A DNA stretch of 64,000 bases from a phage (GCA_027337125.1 GCA_027337125.1_3057.1), one strand, 5' to 3'. Counted from the first letter of the stretch, positions 29,086 through 39,388 are shown. Numbers and translations: made by a program. Notes: generated by a model from the letters alone, not told the origin.

Positions 29086-29096
29086 AGGAGAATCCA

Positions 29097-29549
29097 ATGG
29101 CATATTCTGGAAAATGGGTTCCTAAAAATATATCAAAATATAGAGGTGACCCTAAAAAAATTACGTATAGATCAAATTGGGAAAAATTCTTTTTTGAATG
29201 GTTAGATAAAAATCCAGAAATTATTGCATGGGGTAGTGAAACAGCAGTAATTCCTTATTTTTGTAATGCAGAAGGGAAAAAACGTAGATACTTCATGGAT
29301 ATTTGGATGAAAGATTCTTCTGGACAAGAATTTTTTATTGAAATAAAGCCTAAAAAAGAAACACAACCACCAGTTAAACCAGCACATCTAACAACTGCAG
29401 CGAAGAAAAGATTTATGAATGAAATTTATACATATTCCGTTAATACTGACAAATGGAAAGCAGCACAATCTTTAGCTGAAAAGCGTGGAATAAAATTTAG
29501 AATTCTAACAGAAGATGGATTACGAGCTCTTGGCTTTAAGGGGGCATAA
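29097..29549 (+). CDS. 4: Head completion protein gp4
   Basis: 150 aa as T4 gp4. Confidence 0.92.
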   Translation: MAYSGKWVPKNISKYRGDPKKITYRSNWEKFFFEWLDKNPEIIAWGSETAVIPYFCNAEGKKRRYFMDIWMKDSSGQEFFIEIKPKKETQPPVKPAHLTTAAKKRFMNEIYTYSVNTDKWKAAQSLAEKRGIKFRILTEDGLRALGFKGA

Positions 29550-30376
29550 TGGCTATTTTTCAAATAATTAATGAAAGCACTCCCCAAGTTCCAAAGGTTA
29601 AGCAATCATTAAACGAAAAGAAATGGATTCAGATAGGTCTTGAATACAAAAAGGCCAAAGCAAAAGGAATGACAGGAAAGCAATTTGCTGAAGAAAGAGG
29701 AATCAAATACTCTACGTTTACTTCGGCAATGTCAAAATATGCTTCAGGAATTAAAACGGCTGAAAAGATTCAAAAGCTTGAATCAAAACCAATGAATAAA
29801 CTCAATAAGCAAGAAAGACAACTGCTTATGATAAATTCATTCAGACAAACATTGCGTGATAAAATTCGTAATGAAGGCGCAGCAATTAATAATAAAACCA
29901 GAAAGTGGTTTGCTGAAACTATTAAGCAAGTAAAAGGACATAAAGTTGTTCGCCCGCAGCCGGGACGAATATATGCTTTTGCTTACGATGCTAAACACAA
30001 AGAAACTCTTCCTTATTGGGATAAATTTCCTTTGATAATTTACCTTGGTTTAGGTAAACATAATTTAATGTATGGATTGAACTTGCACTATATTCCACCT
30101 AAAGCTCGTCAACAGTTTCTAGAAGAGCTTTTAAAGCAATATTCAAATACACCTACTATTACTAATAAAACGAAATTAAAAATTGATTGGAGTCAAGTGA
30201 AAGGATTTAGGGGTGCAGACCAAATGATTAAGGCATATATACCCGGTAATATTATGGGTAGCCTTGTTGAAATCGCCCCGAAAGACTGGGCGAACGTTGT
30301 GTTAATGCCACTCCAAAGCTTCTACTCCAAAGGAAAACGTTTCTCTGCAAACAAAGTTTGGAGCAATGTACGATGA
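29549..30376 (+). CDS. 2: DNA end protector protein gp2
   Basis: 275 aa; follows gene 4 with overlapping stop/start. Confidence 0.92.
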   Translation: MAIFQIINESTPQVPKVKQSLNEKKWIQIGLEYKKAKAKGMTGKQFAEERGIKYSTFTSAMSKYASGIKTAEKIQKLESKPMNKLNKQERQLLMINSFRQTLRDKIRNEGAAINNKTRKWFAETIKQVKGHKVVRPQPGRIYAFAYDAKHKETLPYWDKFPLIIYLGLGKHNLMYGLNLHYIPPKARQQFLEELLKQYSNTPTITNKTKLKIDWSQVKGFRGADQMIKAYIPGNIMGSLVEIAPKDWANVVLMPLQSFYSKGKRFSANKVWSNVR

Positions 30377-31032
30377 ATTATGAAAAAATTTATAATTCAC
30401 TAATTGATAGGGCTCGCAATAGAGCCCTTACTGGATATAAAGAAAGACATCATATTATTCCGAAATGTTTAGGCGGTAGTAATGATGCTTCTAACTTGGT
30501 TGATTTAACTCCAGAAGAGCATTATGTTGCACATCAGCTATTAGTAAAAATACACCCAAATTCTTTAAAATTATCTTATGCAGCCATAAAAATGACGGTT
30601 TCAACTAAATATGTTAGGAGAAATAATAAAGTTTATGGTTGGTTAAAAAGAAAACATGCAAATAATATTTCAAATACACAAACTGGACGAAAATATTATA
30701 ATAATGGTAAAAGATGTATAAAATTGCATGATGGAGATATAATTCCTGAGGGATTTATTTTAGGAAGAGGATGGAGTCCGACACAAGGAACAACTCATTC
30801 TAGAAAAAATGACACATTTAAAAACAAAAAGCTTCAATCTGCTTTAGCTAATAAACGGTGGGAAAAAGAAAAGAAAATAATGTTAGATAACTTTGGAGTT
30901 AACACTATTGATGAAGCAAAGAAAATTGTTCTTGATTTAAAATCAACTTGTCATCCAAGATATTGGCGAAAGCCAACTTTAGAAAAATTTCCATTTATGA
31001 CTTCTGCTCGTTTAAGAAGTCTAATAAATTAA
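30373..31032 (+). CDS. Mob-family HNH homing endonuclease (free-standing) between genes 2 and 3
   Basis: [14 protein letters not shown]...[34 protein letters not shown]; ATG overlaps the gene 2 TGA (ATGA). Confidence 0.85.
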   Translation: MNYEKIYNSLIDRARNRALTGYKERHHIIPKCLGGSNDASNLVDLTPEEHYVAHQLLVKIHPNSLKLSYAAIKMTVSTKYVRRNNKVYGWLKRKHANNISNTQTGRKYYNNGKRCIKLHDGDIIPEGFILGRGWSPTQGTTHSRKNDTFKNKKLQSALANKRWEKEKKIMLDNFGVNTIDEAKKIVLDLKSTCHPRYWRKPTLEKFPFMTSARLRSLIN

Positions 31033-31138
31033 TTCTATTATCTTCCATTCTTTTCTATTGTTTGTTCTAATTGGAATTGAATGGAAGGGACTTAGACCCA
31101 TTATACCACCAACACTTATAAAGCATTATGAGGAATAT

Positions 31139-31669
31139 ATGTCGCAAGCACTACAACAAATTTTTAACCAAGCAAATACAACTAACTTTGTAGTATCAAT
31201 ACCGCATAGCAATACTACATCTGCTTTTACTTTAAATGCTCAGTCAGTTCCTATTCCAGGAATTAGAATACCTGTTACTGATACCGTGACTGGGCCGTTT
31301 GGACTAGGCAGAGCGCAACGTCCAGGAGTTACATTTGAGTACGATCCACTCATCGTGAGATTTATAGTTGACGAAGAGCTTAAGTCGTGGATAGGAATGT
31401 ATGAATGGATGCTAGGAACTAGTAACTATCTTACAGGTGAAAATACTGCCCAAAAAACAGGTCCTGAATACATTACGCTTTACATTTTAGATAATAGTAA
31501 AACTGAAATCGTGATGTCAATAAACTTTTATAAGCCTTGGGTTTCTGACCTGTCTGAAGTAGAATTTAGCTACACAGAAGATTCAGACCCAGCTTTAGTA
31601 TGCACAGCAACGATTCCTTATACGTATTTTCAAGTAGAAAAAGATGGCAAAATTATAGCAGAAGTTTAA
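31139..31669 (+). CDS. 3: Tail completion / sheath stabiliser gp3
   Basis: Start set at Met 28 of the track ORF (MSQALQQIFNQANTTNF), giving 176 aa as in T4 gp3; GAGG RBS upstream. Confidence 0.92.
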   Translation: MSQALQQIFNQANTTNFVVSIPHSNTTSAFTLNAQSVPIPGIRIPVTDTVTGPFGLGRAQRPGVTFEYDPLIVRFIVDEELKSWIGMYEWMLGTSNYLTGENTAQKTGPEYITLYILDNSKTEIVMSINFYKPWVSDLSEVEFSYTEDSDPALVCTATIPYTYFQVEKDGKIIAEV

Positions 31670-31693
31670 TGCTTCAGTTTCATGTGTTATAAT
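31668..31693 (+). promoter_or_regulatory. Putative MotA-dependent middle promoter upstream of gene 1
   Basis: MotA-box-like aaTGCTTCA centred about 30 nt upstream of the inferred start, with tataat at 31688-31693. Confidence 0.45.
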
Positions 31694-31718
31694 CTTAACT
31701 AAATTTGAGGAGAAACAT

Positions 31719-32431
31719 ATGAAACTAATCTTTTTAAGTGGTGTAAAGCGTAGTGGAAAAGATACTACTGCAGATTTTATCATGAATAATTATTCTGCAG
31801 CTAAATATCAACTTGCTGGTCCTATTAAAGATGCATTGGCTTATGCATGGGGCGTATTTGCAGCAAACACTGACTATCCTTGCTTAACTCGTAAAGAGTT
31901 TGAAGGAATTGACTATGATCGTGAGACTAATTTAAATCTGACTAAATTAGAAGTAATTACGATTATGGAACAAGCATTTTGCTATCTTAATAGTAAAAGC
32001 CCAATTAAAGGCGTGTTTGTTTTTGATGACGCAGTTAATTTCGTAGCATTTAACAAGATTATTGACGTTATAAATAATATTGAAGATCAATGGTCAGTCC
32101 GTCGTCTGATGCAAGCCCTAGGTACGGATTTGATTGTTAATAACTTCGACCGCATGTATTGGGTAAAATTATTTGCTTTAGATTATCTTGATAAATTTAA
32201 CTCAGGTTATGATTATTATATCGTTCCTGATACTCGTCAAGATCATGAAATGGATGCGGCTAGGGCGATGGGTGCTACAGTAATTCATGTAGTTCGTCCT
32301 GGTCAAAAATCCAATGATACTCATATTACAGAAGCTGGATTGCCAATTCGTGATGGCGATTTAGTAATTACAAACGATGGTTCTCTTGAAGAACTTTTTT
32401 CTAAAATTAAAAATACACTAAAGGTACTATA

Positions 32432-32432
<1 letters not shown>
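31719..32432 (+). CDS. 1: Deoxynucleoside monophosphate kinase gp1
   Basis: 237 aa; P-loop GVKRSGKDT; synteny. Confidence 0.93.
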
Positions 32433-33129
<697 letters not shown>

Positions 33130-33141
33130 TTTCACAAAGTT

Positions 33142-33172
33142 GTTTACACGTTGATGAGGTAGTGATACTATT
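33142..33172 (+). promoter_or_regulatory. T4-type early promoter (GTTTAC -35, TAnnnT -10) upstream of the internal protein gene
   Basis: ttcacaaagttgtttaca ... gatactat; the same upstream cassette recurs at 33497 and 62935. Confidence 0.5.
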
Positions 33173-33201
33173 ATCTCATCAAAATTAATTAGGAAAATAA
33201 A

Positions 33202-33489
33202 ATGAAAACTTTCAAAGAATTTACTTCTACAACTACCCCGGTTTCTACTATTACTGAAGCTACTCTTACTTCTGAAGTTATTAAAGCAAATAAAGGACGA
33301 GAAGGTAAACCAATGATTAGTTTGGTTGATGGCGAAGAAATCAAAGGTACTGTTTACCTAGGTGATGGGTGGTCTGCTAAAAAGGATGGTGCTACAATCA
33401 TTATCTCTCCTGCTGAAGAAACTGCGTTGTTTAAAGCTAAACACATTTCTGCGGCACATCTCAAGATTATTGCTAAAAATCTTTTGTAA
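33202..33489 (+). CDS. Capsid-targeted internal protein (IPI-locus type)
   Basis: 95 aa beginning MKTFKEF, the internal-protein capsid targeting sequence pattern (T4 IPs begin MKTYQEF); located after 57B as ipI is in T4. Confidence 0.75.
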   Translation: MKTFKEFTSTTTPVSTITEATLTSEVIKANKGREGKPMISLVDGEEIKGTVYLGDGWSAKKDGATIIISPAEETALFKAKHISAAHLKIIAKNLL

Positions 33490-33507
33490 TAAATATTTCA
33501 CAAAGTT

Positions 33508-33538
33508 GTTTACAGTAGGGTAGTAGTGTGATACTATT
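33508..33538 (+). promoter_or_regulatory. T4-type early promoter
   Basis: tttcacaaagttgtttaca ... gtgatactat. Confidence 0.5.
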
Positions 33539-33565
33539 ACCCTATCAACTACTGAGGAGAATAAA

Positions 33566-33751
33566 ATGAAACGTTGTGAATTAATTCGAAATGTTGCTAT
33601 TGCAATTTCTGCTTCCGCTTTTAGTTTTTCAATGTTTGCTGGATTTATATGCGGATTATTGACTACAGCAGAAAATGTTTTTTCACTTGTAGTAGCATTT
33701 TTAATTGGTTTAATCGCTATTGTTATGGATAAAATTTCTAAAGGTGAATAA
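33566..33751 (+). CDS. Small hydrophobic membrane protein (hypothetical)
   Basis: 61 aa, two predicted TM segments, GAGG RBS. Confidence 0.6.
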   Translation: MKRCELIRNVAIAISASAFSFSMFAGFICGLLTTAENVFSLVVAFLIGLIAIVMDKISKGE

Positions 33752-34156
33752 ATGAATATTAACGAATATTATGTTTATGCTGGGGATTATGCAAATCCTT
33801 CTCATTTTGAAGGTAATTTAATACCTGATAGAGTTTTTAATACTCCTTTTGAAGCGTGGAGTTGGGTTGAAAGTAAAAATGGATTTTCTTATCGTTATGT
33901 TGAAGTAACTGATTGGAAAGGAACTAAATATCCTAAAGAGCATTATTATGTAGACCCATCTAAAGTAAATTTTCTTTTGTTCGCAGGCGATAATTACTAT
34001 CCTTGCGGTGGATATGATGATTTGATTGCGTATGCTGAAACAGAAGATGAATTACGCCAAATTATTGAAGACAATAAATCAAAACGATTTGGCGATAGTT
34101 TTGACTGGTGGCAAATCGTAAATACCCATACACATACTATTGTTGATAAAGGTTAA
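33752..34156 (+). CDS. Hypothetical protein
   Basis: 134-aa ORF with start abutting the upstream stop. Confidence 0.65.
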   Translation: MNINEYYVYAGDYANPSHFEGNLIPDRVFNTPFEAWSWVESKNGFSYRYVEVTDWKGTKYPKEHYYVDPSKVNFLLFAGDNYYPCGGYDDLIAYAETEDELRQIIEDNKSKRFGDSFDWWQIVNTHTHTIVDKG

Positions 34157-34158
34157 TA

Positions 34159-34443
34159 ATGATTCTTTATGCGAAAGTATCGTCCATTGAAAATGGATAT
34201 AAATATGATCAAGAAGCAGCTAAAGCCTTGATTGATGATTATGGCATTTTAACGTGTTTTGAAGTTGAAAAGGTTTACATTGACCGTTCATCTTCTCAAG
34301 TTAAATTAGTGAAGGAAGACCGTAAATTTAATACAGTAAATTTTGATTTCTTTATTGAAACAGAAAAAGGTCCTCTTGAATATGATATTTTCAAGAATCC
34401 TTTGGGTCTTGAATGCATCGTAAACATGTATTATCATAAATGA
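34159..34443 (+). CDS. Hypothetical protein
   Basis: 94-aa ORF; AT-rich early-gene codon usage. Confidence 0.65.
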   Translation: MILYAKVSSIENGYKYDQEAAKALIDDYGILTCFEVEKVYIDRSSSQVKLVKEDRKFNTVNFDFFIETEKGPLEYDIFKNPLGLECIVNMYYHK

Positions 34444-34448
34444 TAAAT

Positions 34449-34476
34449 ATGCTTTAAGAATTATTTGTTATTATTA
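34449..34476 (+). promoter_or_regulatory. Possible MotA-box middle promoter ahead of the tRNA cluster
   Basis: aTGCTTTAa followed ~13 nt later by tattat; weak. Confidence 0.3.
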
Positions 34477-34543
34477 ACTCATACCGCACTGATTAATACC
34501 CTCTATCATCAAGGGTTCTTATTTGAGAGCCTTTGTTAATAAT

Positions 34544-34616
34544 TGGGAATTAGCCAAGTTGGTAAGGCATAGCACTTTGACTGCTAGATGCAAAGGTTCG
34601 AGTCCTTTATTCCCAG
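34544..34616 (+). tRNA. tRNA-Gln (anticodon UUG)
   Basis: Cloverleaf folded by hand: acceptor tgggaat/attccca, anticodon stem tagca/tgcta with loop ctTTGac, T-arm aaagg-ttcgagt-ccttt. Confidence 0.85.
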
Positions 34617-34617
34617 C

Positions 34618-34704
34618 GCGAGAATGGTCAAATTGGTAAAGGCACAGCACTTAAAATGCTGCGGAATGATTTCCTTGTGGGTTCGAGTCCCACTTCTCGT
34701 ACCA
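34618..34704 (+). tRNA. tRNA-Leu (anticodon UAA), long variable arm, encoded CCA
   Basis: Acceptor gcgagaa/ttctcgt, anticodon loop ctTAAaa, T-arm tgggttcgagtccca, 3' acca. Confidence 0.8.
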
Positions 34705-34710
34705 AAGTTT

Positions 34711-34782
<72 letters not shown>

Positions 34783-34794
34783 AAATTTAATTTA

Positions 34795-34868
34795 CTCCGT
34801 GTAGCTCAGTTTGGTAGAGCGTCTGCTTTGGGAGCAGAATGTCGCAGGTTCAAATCCTGCCACGGAGA
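34795..34868 (+). tRNA. tRNA-Pro (anticodon UGG)
   Basis: Acceptor ctccgtg/cacggag, anticodon stem tctgc/gcaga with loop ttTGGga, T-arm gcagg-ttcaaat-cctgc. Confidence 0.85.
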
Positions 34869-34870
34869 CT

Positions 34871-34957
34871 GGAGGCGTGGCAGAGTGGTTTAATGCACCG
34901 GTCTTGAAAACCGGCAGTCGCTCCGGCGACTCATAGGTTCAAATCCTATCGCCTCCG
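34871..34957 (+). tRNA. tRNA-Ser (anticodon UGA), long variable arm
   Basis: Acceptor ggaggcg/cgcctcc, anticodon stem ccggt/accgg with loop ctTGAaa, T-arm ataggttcaaatcctat. Confidence 0.85.
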
Positions 34958-34964
34958 TAATTTC

Positions 34965-35037
34965 GCTGATTTAGCTCAGTAGGTAGAGCACCTCACTTGT
35001 AATGAGGATGTCGGCGGTTCGATTCCGTCAATCAGCA
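34965..35037 (+). tRNA. tRNA-Thr (anticodon UGU)
   Basis: Acceptor gctgatt/aatcagc, anticodon stem cctca/tgagg with loop ctTGTaa, T-loop ggttcgattcc. Confidence 0.85.
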
Positions 35038-35043
35038 TATCAA

Positions 35044-35115
35044 GGCCCTGTAGCTGGAAGGTTCAAGCAAGCGACTCATAATCGCCAGATGGTGGTTCAA
35101 TTCCACCCAGGGCCA
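35044..35115 (+). tRNA. tRNA-Ile (anticodon CAU, lysidine-type) or Met-like
   Basis: Acceptor ggccctg/cagggcc, anticodon loop ctCATaa, T-arm ggtgg-ttcaatt-ccacc; T4 encodes a CAU tRNA-Ile at this position. Confidence 0.75.
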
Positions 35116-35156
35116 TATTTTGAGAACATAAATACTCTTAGAAATAGGAGATATTT

Positions 35157-35822
35157 ATGTTCCATTACATTTATAAAATAACAAATAAAATTAATAATAA
35201 AATCTATATAGGCGCTCATTCTACCGAAAATTTAGATGATGGATATATGGGTTCTGGTAAATTATTAAAAAGAGCCCAAGATAAATATGGTATAGAAAAT
35301 TTTTCTAAAGAAATATTAGAGTTCTTTGACGATAAAACCTCTATGTTTGAGTCAGAAAAGAATATTGTGACTGAAGAGTTTTTAAAGCGCCCTGATGTTT
35401 ATAATTTGAAATTAGGTGGTGAAGGTGGTTGGGACCATTTAAACACTAAAGAATATTTGGATAAAAAGAAAGAAGCTTCCTTAAAAGGAGCTGCCGCTTT
35501 TAAAACCAGATTTGAGAACGACCCAGACCTTAAAGAAAAATATCGTAAAATGGGTTCAGAAAGGTTTAAACAGCTTTGGGATAATCCTAAGTATAGAGAG
35601 AAATTTTTAAATACTAAATCTTTCTTGGGTAAGACCCATACTCCTGAAACTATTAATAAAATGAAAGAATCTCACGCCAGAAATAAACACCAACAAGGTG
35701 AAAAGAATTCCCAATTTGGCATGATGTGGATTCATTCATTAGATGAAAAAGTTTCTAAACGTATTAAGAAAACTGACCCAATTCCAGAAGGATGGTTTAA
35801 AGGTCGAAAAATGAAATTTTAA
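35157..35822 (+). CDS. segB: SegB-type GIY-YIG homing endonuclease within the tRNA cluster
   Basis: 221 aa; YIYKITNKINNKIYIGAHS (GIY-YIG), YMGSG, LGGEGG; sits between tRNA-Ile and tRNA-Arg as T4 segB does. Confidence 0.88.
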   Translation: MFHYIYKITNKINNKIYIGAHSTENLDDGYMGSGKLLKRAQDKYGIENFSKEILEFFDDKTSMFESEKNIVTEEFLKRPDVYNLKLGGEGGWDHLNTKEYLDKKKEASLKGAAAFKTRFENDPDLKEKYRKMGSERFKQLWDNPKYREKFLNTKSFLGKTHTPETINKMKESHARNKHQQGEKNSQFGMMWIHSLDEKVSKRIKKTDPIPEGWFKGRKMKF

Positions 35823-35825
35823 TTA

Positions 35826-35902
<77 letters not shown>

Positions 35903-36244
35903 GACAAGAAACCGGGTCGCTACCGGTAAGTCGTCGGACTGATGTTCCCTGAGTAAGGAATTGCGTTAATAATCTTTGTGTTTATTGATGCCCTCTTACA
36001 TCACAGCAGAAACGGCGCACCGAATTATCGATTCGAGGAAATATCTTTGCCGTAAGCCGAGTAGCGTTTTTGACGGAACGTTCGGATATGGTCGAGATGT
36101 GGCCTTTTAAAAATATTGAGTAGCGTCAACTACTTAATAACCGGGTTCGAATCCCGGCGTTTCGTACAAACACTTGCCTTAGCAGGTGGAACCCGACAAG
36201 GTTGCCGCAAGGCTTAGCCCCGACCGAAAGGTTGGGGCTTTTTA
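35903..36244 (+). ncRNA. Stable small RNA region downstream of tRNA-Arg (T4 species 1/2 RNA-like; boundaries approximate)
   Basis: ~340 nt without a convincing ORF, contains a tRNA-like T-arm (gggttcgaatcccggcg) and ends in an intrinsic terminator; T4 encodes two stable RNAs here. Confidence 0.45.
36216..36244 (+). terminator. Intrinsic terminator (agcccc...ggggct + U-run)
   Basis: Hairpin agccccgaccgaaaggttggggct followed by ttttt. Confidence 0.65.
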
Positions 36245-36376
36245 GTATCTAGGCCTTTCTGGACCTCTCTAGGCATCATTTAGTTTCTACCCTTTATAAT
36301 ATATTATCTTATCTTTTAATTGTCCCTCCCTGCCCTAGAATTCCCTAAAACTTTTTAAAAATTTTTTCACAAAACT

Positions 36377-36406
36377 ATTTACATCCCTGTTCTTCCATGG
36401 TACTAT
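36377..36406 (+). promoter_or_regulatory. T4-type early promoter with conserved ggtactatacaactatcaa cassette
   Basis: -35 atttac, 18-nt spacer, -10 tactat; the track ATG at 36397 lies inside this promoter so the real start is taken at 36451. Confidence 0.55.
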
Positions 36407-36450
36407 ACAACTATCAACTACTGATACAGAAAAACAACTTGGATAATAAA

Positions 36451-36714
36451 ATGGATAATTACGGCGAACTGTTCAACTTCTTTATGAAATGTGTTTCAGA
36501 AGATTTCGGTCGTACGGTGAATGATATTAAAGTTATCGGTCCTGACCATCCGATGTTTGAAACTTACGCAGTAATGGGTAATGAAGATGGTCAGTGGTAT
36601 ACTGTAAAGGTTGTGATTAACATGTTTACTGCTGAAGGTTATGTTAAACTGTCTTCTAAAGTTTACCACGATAACGACGAAATCGCAGAAGAATATTTCA
36701 ATAATATGAAATAA
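36451..36714 (+). CDS. Hypothetical protein (e.8-like by position)
   Basis: 87 aa from the first ATG downstream of the promoter, RBS ggataa. Confidence 0.65.
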   Translation: MDNYGELFNFFMKCVSEDFGRTVNDIKVIGPDHPMFETYAVMGNEDGQWYTVKVVINMFTAEGYVKLSSKVYHDNDEIAEEYFNNMK

Positions 36715-36782
36715 ATGTGTACAAACACCAAGGACGGTGTTATTATAGATTTATCAAAACAATCACAGAAGCGGAGAAATAA

Positions 36783-36959
36783 ATGACTACTTTAACTATT
36801 TGGTTTGACGAAAATGAAGAAACATACTGCGTGAACATTGATGAAAGTCCAATGCCTGACTTTGAATCTTCAGATAAGAAGTCGGTTATATCTTGGGCTG
36901 AAGGTTATAAAGCAGCAAAAGGCGATGTTAAAATAGTTTATAAACTCTTTGAAATATAA
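36783..36959 (+). CDS. Small hypothetical protein (58 aa)
   Basis: ATG preceded by GGAG RBS; MTTLTIWFDENEETYCVNIDESPMPDFESSDKK...; below the track size cut-off. Confidence 0.5.
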   Translation: MTTLTIWFDENEETYCVNIDESPMPDFESSDKKSVISWAEGYKAAKGDVKIVYKLFEI

Positions 36960-37002
36960 TATTCTCACGGATTTTAAATCTTAATCAACCTAAGGAAATA
37001 CT

Positions 37003-37596
37003 ATGAACACACTGAAGAAAATTGTTGAGTTTATTCGCACTAAACTTGGTTCTGCTATGGCTAAAAATCTATCTGTTGAAGAACAGTATACTGCTGCAGC
37101 AGCAAAACTACTTGATAAAATTAAAGATCTAAAAACTGCTTCTGTTAAATCTATTAATGAAGAAAAACGTATTCGTGAACTTGTTATCGAAAAGAATCGA
37201 CAGGCCGAATCAAAAGAGCGTGAAATTCGTAAACTTCTTTCCGAAGGTCAAGATGTAACAATGCATGCTAAACTCGGTTTGCTATATCGTCGAACAGCTG
37301 AACAGTTGACTACTAAAGCTGATGGTTATGCTGAAATGCGAATTGAAATCGCCAAGAAAGTAGTTGAGTTAGATGATGCTCGCCAAGAACTTGCAGTTAA
37401 ATTGGAATATATCCGTGAAACTCGTGCAGCAAATGCCCTTGGAATTAGTACTGCCGATGATGTAGTTGAAATTGCAGCACTGACTAAGGTTGATATTGAA
37501 GATACTCTTGCTCGAGTTGAAACCTTTAATGGCAATATTTCTGGGGTTGAAACCACCTCTGCTGATGTTCAGGAATACATTAATTCTCTGAAATAA
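37003..37596 (+). CDS. Coiled-coil protein with PspA/IM30-like features
   Basis: 197 aa, almost entirely predicted helix with heptad pattern and a TLARVE segment resembling PspA TLARMK; assignment is tentative. Confidence 0.7.
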   Translation: MNTLKKIVEFIRTKLGSAMAKNLSVEEQYTAAAAKLLDKIKDLKTASVKSINEEKRIRELVIEKNRQAESKEREIRKLLSEGQDVTMHAKLGLLYRRTAEQLTTKADGYAEMRIEIAKKVVELDDARQELAVKLEYIRETRAANALGISTADDVVEIAALTKVDIEDTLARVETFNGNISGVETTSADVQEYINSLK

Positions 37597-37601
37597 TGAT
37601 A

Positions 37602-37617
37602 AGGGGCTTCGGCCCCT
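37602..37617 (+). terminator. GC hairpin (aggggc-ttcg-gcccct) after the coiled-coil gene
   Basis: UUCG-tetraloop hairpin; weak U-tract, so possibly an RNA stabiliser. Confidence 0.4.
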
Positions 37618-37637
37618 ATTACTTGGAGTAAATAGGA

Positions 37638-38246
37638 ATGAGAATGCAAAATGATTTCAATTCAATGTTTGAAGAGTTCCAAAGACAGGTTGATGTTCCA
37701 GACCAATTACTGAATGCTCTTAAACGCATGGCAGAAGGACGTAATTACTATTGGGGGTCTTCATATGAAACTGACGAAAGTCTTTCTGGAAGATTTTATA
37801 GAGGTAAAAAGTCTTTAATACGTCCTGGAATACTTATTAACAGTATTGAATCAATTCATTCATTGACATGTGATTTTGATGTTGAATTTACTGATTTCAT
37901 TTCTCCTGAATGGACAGTTTGTTATTTAAACGACGATTATGATTATCTTGGCATTTATAGTTTAAGTGACGCATGGTTTAAGCGTAATTTACAAAAGTCA
38001 AATTTATTTTATATTGATACTACGGTAAAATTTCAAGGCAAGAAATATTTCTTTACTCTTATAGTTGACTCTGAAACAAAATATGAAAATAAGCGTATTC
38101 TTAGTAAAAAGAATATCTTGACTATTGTTGATGATCTTTTTGATAAATTCGTAGAAAATCCTAATTTTGAAAGCGATTTATTACTAGAAAAATTTGTTAA
38201 GGAATGTAGAGAATATGTCAAAGCCATCACTATACCTTCCAAGTAA
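37638..38246 (+). CDS. Hypothetical protein
   Basis: 202-aa ORF (alternative start at 37644). Confidence 0.65.
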   Translation: MRMQNDFNSMFEEFQRQVDVPDQLLNALKRMAEGRNYYWGSSYETDESLSGRFYRGKKSLIRPGILINSIESIHSLTCDFDVEFTDFISPEWTVCYLNDDYDYLGIYSLSDAWFKRNLQKSNLFYIDTTVKFQGKKYFFTLIVDSETKYENKRILSKKNILTIVDDLFDKFVENPNFESDLLLEKFVKECREYVKAITIPSK

Positions 38247-38607
38247 ACCTTTGAAGTATGAATTAAAGCGCCAGCTAATTTCTACTGATGTATTAATAGG
38301 TCCTGTTATACTCATATCATTTGTAATTCTATTGATTATTGGAGGTGTTTTAGATGTTATGACTGATATTGATTCTGGCGAAATACTTGTATTAATGCTA
38401 ATTCTTCCATTAATAGTTCCATTTTTATTAGTACCTGTAAATTGGGTAGGATACTGGTATCAAGGAAGGCATTATCGTAAACGCGTACGTGATTGGAAAG
38501 CACAGTGTAAAAAGATTAAAAAGGAATATCAGCTTAAACTTGCTGCGTATGAATTTGATGAAATTATGAAATTTGTTAAGGAATCACGATGCAAAAGCCA
38601 AAACTAA
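38215..38607 (+). CDS. Small membrane protein (two predicted TM helices)
   Basis: Start set at Met 8 of the track ORF (MSKPSLYLPSK); hydrophobic core ISTDVLIGPVILISFVILLIIGGVL...LMLILPLIVPFLLVPV, basic C-terminus. Confidence 0.6.
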   Translation: MSKPSLYLPSKPLKYELKRQLISTDVLIGPVILISFVILLIIGGVLDVMTDIDSGEILVLMLILPLIVPFLLVPVNWVGYWYQGRHYRKRVRDWKAQCKKIKKEYQLKLAAYEFDEIMKFVKESRCKSQN

Positions 38608-38951
38608 ATAAAGTCAAATATTCGCTTCCTGAGTCATTTTTAATTTTTGCTGTGGCGTTGGCTGCAGCTCTTGCGGGTAGTCTTTTTGGATTGTTAATTG
38701 ACTGTCTTATTTTAAACATCGATGGCACAGTAAATATAATAGAAGTTTGGAGTGAACTTCGCTATACTAAAATTATTTCATTATTTTCATTCTTTTGTAT
38801 CATTCTATATTTTCATTATGATAATTTTAAAATAAATTGGCAAAGAAAAAAGGATTACAAAATACAATTAAAAGAATATAATAGCTACATGTCTTATATT
38901 GAAAATGAATCAATGAAAGAGTTTGTGATTGATTGCAGGAAATTAAAATGA
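38589..38951 (+). CDS. Small membrane protein
   Basis: 120 aa; hydrophobic segments FLIFAVALAAALAGSLFGLLIDCLIL and IISLFSFFCIILYF. Confidence 0.6.
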   Translation: MQKPKLNKVKYSLPESFLIFAVALAAALAGSLFGLLIDCLILNIDGTVNIIEVWSELRYTKIISLFSFFCIILYFHYDNFKINWQRKKDYKIQLKEYNSYMSYIENESMKEFVIDCRKLK

Positions 38952-39388
38952 AAACATTATCAGCTGGTATTATCTTTATGACAGAAGATAAAGATTTATT
39001 TATGGGTCGGGTTACTGGTTCTCGTAAGCCTGGAATGATGGCACATCGCTGGGATATTCCAAAGGGCCGTGTAGAAAATTCTGATTTAAGCGCATTAGAT
39101 GCAGCACGAAGAGAATGCTTAGAAGAGACTGGTTTTAGCAATTATAATCCAGACCTTCTAGAAGACCTAGGTGTATTTAAATATTCTAGTAATAAAGACT
39201 TACAGTTATTTTATTATACGATTCCAGTAGAGCATGAGATGTTTAGAAATTGCCATTGCGAGTCTTATTTTGAAAATAAAGATGGTGTTATGATTCCAGA
39301 GATGGATGCTTTTGCTCTTATTCCTCGTACTCAGTGGCAATATGTGATGGGTCCTTCACTTTACCGAATAATGAACAGCCTCTTTTAA
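38933..39388 (+). CDS. nudE: Nudix hydrolase
   Basis: Nudix box GRVENSDLSALDAARRECLEETG; immediately upstream of lysozyme e as in T4; alternative start at 38948 (ATGA overlap with the upstream stop). Confidence 0.85.
   Translation: MQEIKMKTLSAGIIFMTEDKDLFMGRVTGSRKPGMMAHRWDIPKGRVENSDLSALDAARRECLEETGFSNYNPDLLEDLGVFKYSSNKDLQLFYYTIPVEHEMFRNCHCESYFENKDGVMIPEMDAFALIPRTQWQYVMGPSLYRIMNSLF

Noticed and set aside
36397-36450. Upstream ATG starts proposed by the longest-ORF track (also 46324, 49639, 54890, 52899)
   Set aside because: These ATGs fall inside promoter -10 elements (tggtactat / tataatg) or upstream of terminators; the downstream ATG with an RBS was used instead
38933-39388. Possibility that the Nudix ORF is part of a toxin-antitoxin or abortive-infection pair
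   Set aside because: It shows the standard Nudix box and sits at the conserved nudE position next to lysozyme; no partner gene architecture suggests a TA module
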